Origin: Gracilinanus agilis
Taxonomy: Eukaryota
Assembly: GCF_016433145.1 (NCBI RefSeq)
Contig: NC_058132.1
Coordinates: 645,055,297-645,119,296, forward strand
DNA: 64,000 bases
Direction of reading: 5' to 3'
Under the pieces are notes generated by a model that saw only the letters and a program-made list of their open reading frames with translations, ran no database searches and had not been told where the DNA came from. Position numbers and translations under genes: made by a program. This document shows positions 1 through 11,182 of the stretch, piece after piece (positions within the stretch are counted from its first letter, which is position 1; each line of letters starts with the position of its first letter).

Positions 1-160
1 ACAGTAGAATAACAGATGAGGTGGCAGAATTTTAGGGCAAACCTGTCTGGTGGTCCCTCCAAGCTGAATCTACAAGCAAGGATCATTCTGATCATTCTAA
101 AGCAGGCCCCAAGTCTACAGGACCTGAACCAGTTGCTAGATATTGTCCTATCTCCATTTG

Positions 161-164
<4 letters not shown>

Positions 165-201
<37 letters not shown>
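165..201. repeat. (AT)n microsatellite
   Basis: Direct reading. Confidence 0.95.
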
Positions 202-205
<4 letters not shown>

Positions 206-1358
206 TCTCTTTATCCACATCCCTGACAGCCATACTGAGGCCCTCATCATCTCCTGACTCTTCTACTGTCCTGGTCTTCTAGTCAGGCTGCCTCACTTCC
301 CAGTGTGCCCATTCCAATTCATCTTCTATCCATTTGGGATCATTTGTAAACATCAGGCCAAAGCCTGTGCTTCTGTTTGTTTATTATTGTTACTGCTGTT
401 GTTTTTCACTGAGTCCCAATCACCTACAGACTTCAATTATCAGCTTCATCATTTGACATTCATAACTTTCCAAATTGGGTCCCTTCTTACTTGCTTTCAG
501 TTTTTTTACTATGTAAGAATTCCATATACTTTAGGATTTACTCATCTTCGCTTACTTGCCATTCAGTTCTGCTTGATGCCCAATCTCCCATCTCCAAGCT
601 TTTGCCCTGGCTCTTCTCTATGCCATCAATATTTTCCTTCCTCACCTGCACTTCTTAGAATCCTTGGGTACCATTAGGTCTCAGTTCAAACATTTTCTGA
701 GAGGAATATATCCAGATCCCTCTTTCCTCTTCCCCTCCTCACCAGCAACCTTCTAGGTATCTTGGATGTCCTCAGTATATACTTACACATTTATGTTCTC
801 CTCCTATTTAGAACATAAGCTCCTGGAGTACAAGCAATTTTTTTTGTCCTTGATTATGTGAACTGTGAGCAATTATTGATCAGTTTAGGGCTAGTGGAGG
901 TAAGTATGTCCAATAGCAATAATGTGGAGAAAGCAATTGAGATGAAAAGGGAAGTGACTCCAGAGTCAGTGCACCAGGTTCAAATCCTGGTTCTATCCCG
1001 TACTCTCTGTCACCTTGGACAAATCATTTTCACTTCCCCAGGGGAGTGTCCCAGTCTCTCCATTTGTAAAATGGAGAAATTGAATTAAATGACTTCTGAG
1101 GCATATTCTAGATCCTAATCAAAGATCTCATGAAACCCTGGTTCAGGCAGTTGCTGTCTATGTGACCTTGAGTGAGTTTCTTTCCCTCTCTGTGCCTCAG
1201 TTTCCTCTTCTGTAAAATGGGAACATTAGGCTAGCAGGCTTCTAAGCATACTTCCAACCCTAAATATGGGATTCTACCCAGGGATAACACCTTTGGGCTT
1301 TGAATCCTAGTTGCTGCTCCAGTCTCATGGTCTGACATCTCTTTCCTTCTTTTATCAG

Positions 1359-1403
1359 ATGTGTGAGCTCAGATGAACAACCCCTCAATGGCTGGTACAT
1401 CTG
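1359..1403 (+). CDS. TMEM207: TMEM207 internal coding exon (exon 3, 45 bp; CVSSDEQPLNGWYIW)
   Basis: Pyrimidine tract + AG at 1357-1358 and GTAAG donor at 1404. Translation matches recalled human TMEM207 CVNYNDQHPNGWYIW. Phase 2/2 is consistent with the next exon. Confidence 0.93.
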
Positions 1404-1555
1404 GTAAGCACTCTCTGGTCAGAGTTTTGGAAGCATTTTGTGGCAGATGAAACTTGGTGCCTGTTTATATTTTTAAGCACTCAGACCCCCCTCCCAGGCC
1501 CACCCCAGGGTGTTGCTGTCTCCCTAATACTCTCCTGTGCTTCCTTTGGCTTCAG

Positions 1556-1698
1556 GTGGCTAATGCTGCTCTCGCTGATCTCCATCATATGCTGCATGGT
1601 CCTTATCTGCCTCCACTGTTGGCTGAAGAGATCCCATTCCAGGTCCTCTGGGCGCACTGTGGCAGTGTTTGCTGTCAGCGACATTGAGTCCATTTCTG
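1556..1698 (+). CDS. TMEM207: TMEM207 exon 4 (143 bp; TM helix and juxtamembrane region, WLMLLSLISIICCMVLICLHCWLKRSHSRSSGRTVAVFAVSDIESISG)
   Basis: ttcag acceptor at 1551-1555 and GTATGT donor at 1699. Resembles human ...LCLQCWLRRPRIDSHRRTMAVFAVGDLDSIYG. Confidence 0.95.
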
Positions 1699-1878
1699 GT
1701 ATGTCTTGTGACTTCTTTTCTTTGGTTTCACCACTGTCAGGGTAATGGGGTAAGTCAGGGGAATCTTCGTGGGCATATGGAACAAGAGATTTATTCCTGA
1801 AGGGTGATCTGAAGGAGAGATTCTTGGGAGATGAGAAATGAGAGCAATGACTTGTTATTCTCTATCATAAATCCCCCT

Positions 1879-2076
1879 GGGCGCAGCTGGGTAGCTCAGT
1901 GGATTGAGAACCAGGCCTAGAGATGGGAGGTCCTAGGTTCAAATCTGGCCTCAGACACTTCCCAGCTGTGTGACCCTGGGCAAGTCACTTGACCCCCATT
2001 GCCTACCCTTACCACTCTTCTGCTTGGAGCCAATACACAGTATTGACTCCAAGATGGAAGGTAAGGGCTTAAAAAA
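1879..2076 (+). mobile_element. Young marsupial tRNA-derived SINE (SINE1_Mdo type)
   Basis: Pol III A box (agctcagtgg) and B box (gttcaaatc), core, A tail, flanking aaatccccc direct repeat. Near-identical to other copies in the window. Confidence 0.85.
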
Positions 2077-2399
2077 AATCCCCCGGGTCTTTCTCCTGGG
2101 GAGAGAGGACCCAGAATTCCTTCATCAGGAGCCACTTTTGATTGTACAGAGTACTTGAGAGATTGTTGAGTCTGACTTGGTCATTTTGAAGATAAGAAAT
2201 GTGAGGCCCTGCAAAGTGGAATAATTTGCCTAAGGTTACACGAAGAGCAAGTGCATAGCCTAGGGAGGACTCAAGCCCAGATTCCCTCACTCCCAGGTCA
2301 GCACACTTTCCTCTCTTTCCCACTGTGTCTATTTACCAAAAGCCTCACAATATATCAATTCAGGCACAATTTAAAAATGCTTAATGTTCTGGAAACCTA

Positions 2400-3350
2400 C
2401 CACTAATGAGAGGCCTGGCACTGCATTTCAATTCATTTCAATAGAAATAATTAACTGTCCGCACTCAGGAAGGCACTATATGAGCTACTATAGAAACAAA
2501 GATGTATAGCAGTTGGTCTTTGCCCCCTTGGTGGACTCACGATGCCTGCCAAGGAACAACAAGAATGAGGGAGAATGGGGCCACTACAAAGGAAAAATAC
2601 AAACCAAGCTTTGTGAGAAATGTGCCATGAATGGCAGCTGAGGGTGGGAGCGAGGGCAGAAGATTAGAGAATCTTATTTAAAATATGGCGCCCGAGTTGG
2701 ACTTGGAGGAAAGGAAGAGGCTCCATTGGGTGAAGCTGGCAAAGGGAGATGTCCATTCTAGGCAAGGGCGAGTAGTATCAGTAAAGACCCAAAGATGCTA
2801 AAAGCTAAGATAAGAATGGAGTAGCCAATAGTTCACTTGGGCCATGATGCAGAGGACACATTATCTAAGAATACAAGAGCCAAACCATAGAGAAGACCAT
2901 ATATCAGTATCAAAAGATCAGATTTTCTTCCATAGTCATTGAGGAGCCACTGAAAGTTTGGAGTTAAGAAGTCATGGGAAGACATCCATATATATCTGGA
3001 AGATCAGGAAATTGTGGAATAGCTTAGTCTTGAGAGAGAGAGACGTGATCATAGGATAATAGGCCAAGAGGTCATTAATTTAGAATTAGAATGAAATTTG
3101 CTGAACCTGGGGTCCAAAACCCTGATTTCAGACAAGAAAAAGAGGGAGGATTTTTAGGATGTGATAATAGCCACCATAAATTATGGACACCTCAGCTGGG
3201 AGGAGCTCGATGACAATGGAAATTAAAATATAAGAGGAGAAAGCCGATCGAGGGAGAATTGGCTGAATGACTGGTCAGCTAAATTATAGAACTTTCCAAG
3301 GAAGGCAACAAAAAAGAGGATGGGTCTCAAGTTCATGCCATAGGAAAATA
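2400..3350 (-). mobile_element. Degraded L2 fragment
   Basis: Purine-rich antisense L2-like motifs (gaggagccactgaaagtttgg, atttattaactgtccgcactcaggaaggcact). Boundaries approximate. Confidence 0.5.
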
Positions 3351-4669
3351 GATGGAGAGAACCAATGCTTAGCCTGGAAAGAAGACTCAGGGACCTGTGA
3401 TAAATGTCTTGGATTGGCAAAAGTGCTGAACTAGGATCACGTGGCCTGAATTCAAACTTAAGCTCCACCTCTTATTGCCTGTGTGACCTTGGGTAGCCCA
3501 CAACTTCTGAGACTTAATTTGCTCAGCTATAAAATGAGACAGTTGGACTAGATGACCTTTAAATCGATCCCTGCCTAAGTTGATCCTTGAATCCTCTAAA
3601 TTCTGAAAGTCAGCCAAGCAAGAGAGATTTCATTTATTCTTATGAGGAACAAGGCACAAAAGCTAAGAACAGTGGGAGAGGGGAAGTAAAAGGGAGTCAG
3701 CCTTTGGTTTGCTGTCAGGAAGATTTTGCCAACAATGGAGTGAACCTGAAGTGCAAATACTCCCTGGGGAGGTAGTTACCCACCTTTGCCCATTAGAGGG
3801 CTTCAAGCAAAGGTGAAATATTTCTTAAGGATTGACCAAAAGAGTTCTTAAGGGGCAGCCCCATTCCCAAAGTGCCCACTCCCCAGTACCTACCAAGGTG
3901 TGGCTCCCAAGCAACTGATTCCTTTTGTGCCATCCCCAGGCACTAAGACCTGATCTACATTTTGTGCAAATATGCCAATGAGAATATAGGTACCCAATCC
4001 CTTCCTCCTCTGCCCTTCAAATCCTCCATCCTGTCATACTTTAAGAGAAAAATCAAGTGCTTCTCTGGAAGATATTTGAGACAGGCGGCCAAGAAACACC
4101 AGTGACATCCTCTGGAGCAGAGTTACTTTACAAGCTGTGCTCTTGGTCTGTGTTGTATTTGGTGTTTGGTTTTGCTTTTTTCTTCTCTTTCCCGGGGTTC
4201 CCTTATAAATTTAAGTACTGGCACTAAATCAGTATAAAGGAGAGAACAGTAAGGCATGTTCACAGCAGAGATCAAGGATCACCATTTGATTGCCTCAGGT
4301 TATTATCAATAGTATTGGATGGAGACATGAAGCTTCAGGCAATCTGGACCACTGCTCCAACCTAGACAACTAATTCAGTTACATTGACTCTTCATTGAAC
4401 GTTCATGGGGCTATTAAAAAGTCAACATAGTAACCTCAGCAGAAGTTAAAAGTGAGTTCACAGAAGAAATACAGAGCCAAGGAATGATGCCCATCTTGGC
4501 TTTCAGTATTAGCCCGTAATGACACAGTGATGGCAACATCCCTAGGTCAAGACACAGGTTCTAGTATGGTCTCGAGCAAGTCAATTCCTTCTCTTGGCCA
4601 CAGTTTTCTCTGAAAAAAATGAAGGGATTAGAGCAAAGATCCAATCCTCTTTTAGATCAAATGATCCAG

Positions 4670-4841
4670 GGGCAGCCAGTGGCTCAGTGGATAGATGCAA
4701 GACCTTGAATTGTTGGGAGAACTGAGGATTGAAATCTGGCCTCAGACACTTCTTAGCTATCTTACCCTGGGAGAGTCACTTAACCACATTTAGCCTTTGC
4801 CTTTCTGTCTATACTAAGACAGAACATTGGGGGTTTAAAAA
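4670..4841 (+). mobile_element. Older SINE1_Mdo-like copy
   Basis: ggggcagcc..gtggctcagtggatag head, ttgaaatctggcctcagacac core, A tail. Confidence 0.7.
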
Positions 4842-4949
4842 AGATACATCTCTGTTTTTGCTCTTTGTATTTTACATATCAACTCTATATTTGCCTTACG
4901 AAGGGAATTTGGTAGAACTCATTCCATCCCTTTTTTTCCTGAATATAGC

Positions 4950-7900
4950 TTAGTGTCACAATTAAATTAAAAAAATATTTTATAGAATTCATTTTTGAAT
5001 CCACCCGATACTGGGGAATTTTTTCTTGGGGATATCATTTATGCCTTGTTTGATTTATTTGTCTAAAATAAGGATTTAAATATTTCCTCTTCTGTTAATC
5101 TGAGCAAGTTATATTTTTTGTAAATATTCATCAATTTTACTTAGATTGTTAGAAGTATTGGCATGTAATTGGACAAAAAAGCTCTTGTTAATTGCTTTAT
5201 TTTCATCTTCATTGCTGTTGAATTCATCCTTTTCGTTTTTGATACTATTGATTTTGCTTTCTTCTTTAAAAAAAATTAAATGAAACAGTGGCTTGTTAAT
5301 TTTGTTAGTTTTTTCCTAAAACCAGCTTCTATTTTTATTTATAAGTTCAATGATTTTCTTACTTTCACTTTTACTAATCTCACCTTTGATTTTCAGGATT
5401 TCCAATTAAATACTTAATTGGAAATTTTTAATTCATTCTTTTCTATTTTTATAATTGCATATCTATTTGTTGATCTGATCATTCACTATTTTACTGATGC
5501 ATATGTTTAGAAGTTTAATTTTTTTCCTAAGTACTACTTAGAATATATCCAGTAAATTTTGGTGTGTTGTCTCTTTGTTGTCTCTTTAACAAATTTGTTG
5601 ATTGCTTCTATGATTTGTTCTTTGACTCACTCAATCTTTAGGATTAAATTATTTAATATCCCATTAATTTTTAATCTATGCCTACGTAGCTCTCTTATTG
5701 AATGTAATTTTTTCTTTGCATTATGATCTGAAAATGAGGCATTTAATATTTCTGTTTTTTTTGTTTTGTTTTGCTTTGCTTTTTGTTGTGATGTTTTTGT
5801 GTCCTAATTTATGATCAGTTGTTGTGAAGGTAAAATACACATATGACAAGAAAAATATATGTGTTATTTTTTCCTCAATCAGTTTTTTCCAGAGGTCTAT
5901 CACGTGTAACTTTTCCAAAATTATATTAATCTTCATAACTTCATTCTTTTTGTTAGATTCTATTAAGTCTAAGAGGGGAAAAAATGAGGTCCTTTACTAG
6001 TATAGTTTTATTGTCTATTTACTCCTATAATTCATTTAATATTTCCTTTAAGAACTTTGATGTTATAATTTTGATGCTATATATTTGATGAATGTATGCT
6101 TAGAACTTATATTAATTCTTTATATATATGGTACATTTTAGGAAAATTCCCTTACATATCTTCTTTAATTTTATCTCTTTTTGCTTTTCCTTTGTCTGAG
6201 ATCATTATTGCAACATGATTGCTACCCCTATTTTTATTTCCCTTAACTGAAGCATACTAGATTCTGCTCCAGTCTCTTATTTTAACTCTTTCTGTCTCTT
6301 TGTTTTAAGTGTGTTTCCTATAAACAACATGTTGTTGGATTCCAGTTTTATTCTATTTTGCTCTTAGATTCCATTTTAGGAGTGAGTTTATTTACCCAGG
6401 AAGTATTATAATCAGTTTTCCTGGGTAGATTATTCTTGGTTGTAATCTTAACCCTTATAACTTCTGGGATATCATAATCTGAGATCTCCAGTCTTTTAAT
6501 GGGAAGCTGCTGAATCTTTCATGATTTAGGCTTTGGTTCCACATGATTTGAATTGTTTTATTGTAATCACTTGCAATATTTTGTCCTTGACAAGAAATCT
6601 GGAATTTGACAGAAATGTCCCTGGGAATTTTCATTTTGAGCTCTCTTTTCAAGAAGTGATCAGTAGATTCTTTCAATCTTATTTTACTCACCCTTTATAA
6701 GATATAAGGGCAGTTTTCACTTACATATATTTTTCTGATAATGGCTTTGAAGTAGTCAATAATTCTTAAACTGTCTTTATTCAACCTCTTTTTCAGGTTG
6801 GTTGTTTTTTCCAATGAGACATCTCATAACCATTTCTTTTCCCCCATTATTTTGATTCTTTTCTTGTTGTCTAATGAAGTTATGAGCTTCCACTTGCCCA
6901 ATTCTAATTTTTCAGGAATCATGTCCTTCAGTTAACTTTTGTATCTTGAAAAAAAGAGGCTTATCTTCTGTCTTAGACTCAACTAAAGCAGAAGAACAGT
7001 AAGGACTTTGCAATTGGGATTCATTGGCTTGCCCACATAGGAATGCATTTTTTTAAATCATTTTTTAGCTCTTCCAGGAATCCTTGTTGCCTTTTTCTCA
7101 GTTTACAATTCCCCCCTTATTTTAGTTTTGCTTTTAAACTTTTAGATATCATTGTCTTTGTATGAATTTGTATCTTTATCTTTCCTGCTACCACAGCAAC
7201 GTTTTTAATGATCAGGTTCTTTTTTTTTTATTATTTGCTCATGTTTTCTAGCCTCTTTGTGAATTTTTAACTATATGTTAACATTAGGCTCCTGAAATGA
7301 AGGGGGCATTGTGCAAAGCTTCAGGTTTTTCATATTAATGTTTTCCAAGCTAGTTCTTGAGATCTGTAAATTTTGAAGTCTTCCCAAGAGATATGATCTA
7401 AGGAGAAATGTAGTAAATTTTCCCTGCCATTATGCTCTGGTCCTTACCCAGGAAGGAACCTTGTTCCTCTGTAGCCACAAAAGCTATTGCTCCTTTTGTC
7501 CCTTAAACTGTGACCTGGTCCTCTGTTCTTTTATAGCTAAAAACAATACTGCTTGGGGCAGCTGGGTAGCTCAGTGGATTGAGAGCCAGACCTAGAGATG
7601 GGAGGTCATAGGTTCAAATCTATCTTCAGACACTTCCCAGCTGTGTGACCCTGGGCAAGTCACTTGACCCCATGGCCTAGCCCTTACCACTCTTCTCCCT
7701 TGGAGCCAATGCACAGTATTGACTCCAAGACGGAAGGTAGTAGTTTAAAAAAAAAGCAATACTGCTTCCTTTTCTCTTGGAAATGAGACCAGAGCCACTA
7801 CTTCTTTATGAATGCTCACAAGCACTAAAAAAAATGAGATGAGGGCTCTGTTCCTCTGTGCAAACAAGTGCTAGGGTTCCTCTTCACCCTAGAATTACAA

Positions 7901-8250
7901 CCCAGAATTCTGTATGGGCAATACAAAAAGTCTGAAACACAGTGCTAACAAAGGGTTCTTGCATAATCTCTTTCTTAGCATTTCTCCAACCTCCTTGCCA
8001 TATAAGCCCTAAGAACTCCTGAAACTGCTGCTAAGACTATTGCAGCTGTCTCCAGTGTCTTCTAATGGTGTTGCAATGATATGGCCTGTGTTGTGTTCTA
8101 GGCCCACCCACTAGCTTGATGTGACAGACTTTTCTCCACAATCTCCTAATTTGTCTTGGTTGGAAAAATCATTTTACTTCAATCTTTTTTTCCCTTTTTG
8201 TATCTACTCTTTCAGAATTTGAGGCATTATTTTAAAGGTGTTTGGGGGAT
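4950..8250 (-). mobile_element. Old L1 (ORF1 + ORF2 endonuclease/early RT region), interrupted by SINEs
   Basis: T-rich + strand. Decayed L1-like peptides on - (ORF track 5721-5936, 6455-6691). Colinear with the L1 at 51.5-57.4 kb. Boundaries approximate. Confidence 0.75.
7555..7756 (+). mobile_element. SINE1_Mdo-type SINE inserted in L1
   Basis: Full head-core-tail with TSD caatactgctt (7544-7554 / 7757-7767). Confidence 0.9.
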
Positions 8251-8559
8251 AATATTGAGAGTTCTGATGAGTCCTTGATTCTACTTGGCTATCTTGGCCA
8301 TTCACTGGATAAACAGTTATCACCATCATTATCATCATCATCATACTTTTTGGAATTACCTTCACAGACCAGATAGGTGTCAGTCTGTGATGAGAGGATT
8401 TGCTTTTTGAAATTGTCCAAAATCTTATAGAGCCACATCTATTAAATTAGAACAGTAAATAAGGGCAAGACTGTTTGGGGAACAAAAGGAGTTAGTGACA
8501 CAAAGTAATGCAGATTCACAGAACTCTAGACCTCACTGGTCATTAGGTATACCTTGAGG

Positions 8560-8812
8560 GAGCTGGTGGTACACTGGATAAAGCGTTGAGGCTAGAAACA
8601 TGAAAATATGAGTTCAAATCTGAACCCAATCACTTATTAGCTATATGACCCTGAGAAAGTCATTGACTTCTGTTTGTTTCAGTTTCTTTATCTGTAAAAC
8701 AGGGATATTAATAGTACCTATTTCCCATGCTTGTTGTGAAGATGATATGAGATATTTGTAAAGTGCTTAGCAGAGACCCTGATACATAATAAGATTAAAT
8801 AAATGCTTATCC
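8560..8812 (+). mobile_element. MIR/CORE-SINE
   Basis: gagttcaaatc B box, tgaccctgagaaagtca..cagtttctttatctgtaaaa core, aaagtgcttagca tail. Many similar degraded MIR-like pieces occur elsewhere (e.g. ~940-1130, 17280-17460, 34764-35035, 38220-38580). Confidence 0.75.
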
Positions 8813-8849
8813 TGTCTTGTACCTGTATACTACTTAACTGCAAAAGTCA

Positions 8850-9960
8850 CCTGACATCATGTCCTACAGCCTATTCTGGAAGGCAATCCATGATGAAGAA
8901 TTCACTATCTTTCACAGTTGCATATTCTACCTCTGGGCAACTCTGAAAAGATGTTTTTGGTTTAGTTTTGTTTTGTTTAGATATGGGGTGATTTTCCATG
9001 TAAAATGTGTAGCTTTCTCCTGTACCTGTCCTAGAGGAAATGATATAATAAATATAATAGAATGAATCTAAACTTTCATTCACAAGACAACATTTCCTGC
9101 ATTTGAAAACAACTATCCTCTCTTACCTGTTTCTTCCCTTCTCTTTACTAAAGGACCTCAAGGTACTTATTTGATACTTATACAGTGTGAGTTTGGTCAC
9201 TTCACTATCCAGGTGGCTTTTTTATGGAGATTCTCCAATATAAGTATCCTCCTTACAAAGGGGTCCATACCTGAACACAAGAGCCCAGGTGTGTTTGGAC
9301 CAGGTTAGAGCACAGTGTGATTATCATCTCTCTGTTTCNNNNNNNNNNNNNNNNNNNNNNNNNNNNNNNNNNNNNNNNNNNNNNNNNNNNNNNNNNNNNN
9401 NNNNNNNNNNNNNNNNNNNNNNNNNNNNNNNNNNNNNNNNNNNNNNNNNNNNNNNNNNNNNNNNNNNNNNNNNNNNNNNNNNNNNNNNNNNNNNNNNNNN
9501 NNNNNNNNNNNNNNNNNNNNNNNNNNNNNNNNNNNNNNNNNNNNNNNNNNNNNNNNNNNNNNNTTCTTTCTTTCCTCCCTTCCTTCCTCCCTCCCTTCTT
9601 TTCTATCTTCCTCCCTCTTTCCTTCCTTCCTTCCTTCATTTCTCCTTACCTCTGAATTATTTTTCCTAATTACATGTAAGAATTATTCTTAACATACATT
9701 TTCCAAAACTCTCAGAATCAAATCCTCTGCCTTCCATTCTTCCCTTCCTCTCCCTGATATGATAAGCCAATTGATCTGGATTGTACATCTATGATCAAAT
9801 GAAAAAGCTTTTTGATTATAATCTAAGATAGAATTTCTCTTCTTGGCTGCCATATCAGCTAAGGACATCATTAATGAGCTTGCAGTCTATTCTGAATCCT
9901 AGATTTTTGTCAGAGCAGTTCCTATATTGGAATGCTCCTATCATTTTTTTTGTGAATGGA
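8850..9960 (-). mobile_element. CR1/L3 LINE remnant interrupted by an N gap and an L1 3' tail
   Basis: Minus-strand peptide DMAAKKRNSILDYN resembles the CR1 RT C-terminal motif (AAKKANAILGCI). Boundaries approximate. Confidence 0.55.
9339..9563. other. Assembly gap (225 N) abutting a TTCC/TTTC simple repeat
   Basis: Run of N. Confidence 0.99.
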
Positions 9961-10088
9961 AAATTGTAGAAGTAGAAGTTTCTAATTCTGCCAGCTCTCT
10001 TTCCTAGTATTTGCACCTAATATTCTGTATGATAGACATCACTATGGGTCCTCAGGAGTTTTCTAGCATGGCTTTATAAAGTGACTAT

Positions 10089-10746
10089 TGTAAAGGTTAA
10101 AATTAAAGGTTGTACTAAATATATAAAAATGTGGTCACTGAAAATGTATTACTCAAGTCATGATGACTTTTTATGGTAGTTTATTTACAGAAGGAGAAAG
10201 AGTAAAAGTCAGGAAATGAGAGAGAGTAGATAATTACTTCAGCCTGGTCCAAACTAGGCAGGGCTTCAGAGGCCCCAGCAAAGGGGACCCAGAAGTAAAT
10301 TAAAGGGTTTTAGCTACAAGACCTCCTCCAAGACAAGGGGCCACTCCGGAGGCTAGTACCTCCAGAAAAGCCAGGAAAGGGAGTCAATTTTTTTTCACTC
10401 ACTCACGTGGTAGTTATAAGGGGGAAAAAAAAGCAGTCCAAAGTCCCAAGCTGGAGCTCCTCCAGGGCCAAGTTCAAAGGTGAAACATCTGGTCATGGGG
10501 AGTTTTTCCCACTTTTAAAGACTACTGCTTTCCTCACTTCCTGTGCCTTCCTTCCACTTTACATGGACCAATTGCAGCTTTAGCTTTGCTTAGGACTGCC
10601 CAAGAGGCAGTCAGTCATTTCTGATTTGTCACCCACTATAGGACACGTGGGTCATGGACCTCCACATACTTAAGGATAAGTGGAGTATATACACTTCTGG
10701 TGATTAAATCTAAAAGTGAGGGAGGGAAGAGTTAATCACATCTTCA
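10089..10746 (-). mobile_element. Solo LTR (658 bp) with 6-bp TSD
   Basis: TG...CA termini. GACTAT at 10083-10088 and 10747-10752. AATAAA on - strand near 10179 suggests orientation. Confidence 0.75.
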
Positions 10747-11182
10747 GACTATTTCCAAAGAAGAATGTAGATAAAAGAGATAGAATCAAGAGAAGTTGGG
10801 AAAGATTATGTGAATTCATGCTAAATGAAGTGTGGGGAACCAGTAAAACAATTTATGCCAAAAGCTTAAAAATGGAGAGGGGACAGGGAAGACTTAAGAA
10901 CTGGGATTAAAACAAAAGCTTCAGACAACTATTGAGGAAGCACCATCCACCTCTTGATAGGTGAGTTGGTTGACTAGAGGAGCAGAATGGGACATGTTTC
11001 CTGATTAGACGAATGTGTGATTTTATTTTATTTTGACTGCACTTATTTGTTATAAGGAAAGAGTTTGGGGGCAGGAATGGGGGAATAGGAGTTGAATTTT
11101 GTGGAGAGGAAGAGGGAACTAATAACAGTGATATCACAAAAAAAGAAGAAAAGGGGGGGGGAAGAATATGGATGAAGCATTT

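Noticed and set aside
1-1358. Search for TMEM207 exons 1-2 (signal peptide; LSDLPCEEDEM-like)
   Set aside because: No match seen; presumably upstream of the window.
1879-1960. tRNA-like A/B boxes as a tRNA gene
   Set aside because: These are SINE heads, continuing into CORE and A tail with TSDs; no cloverleaf.
9253-9669. Long ORFs spanning N gaps (also 36777-37237)
   Set aside because: Open only because N codons cannot be stops.
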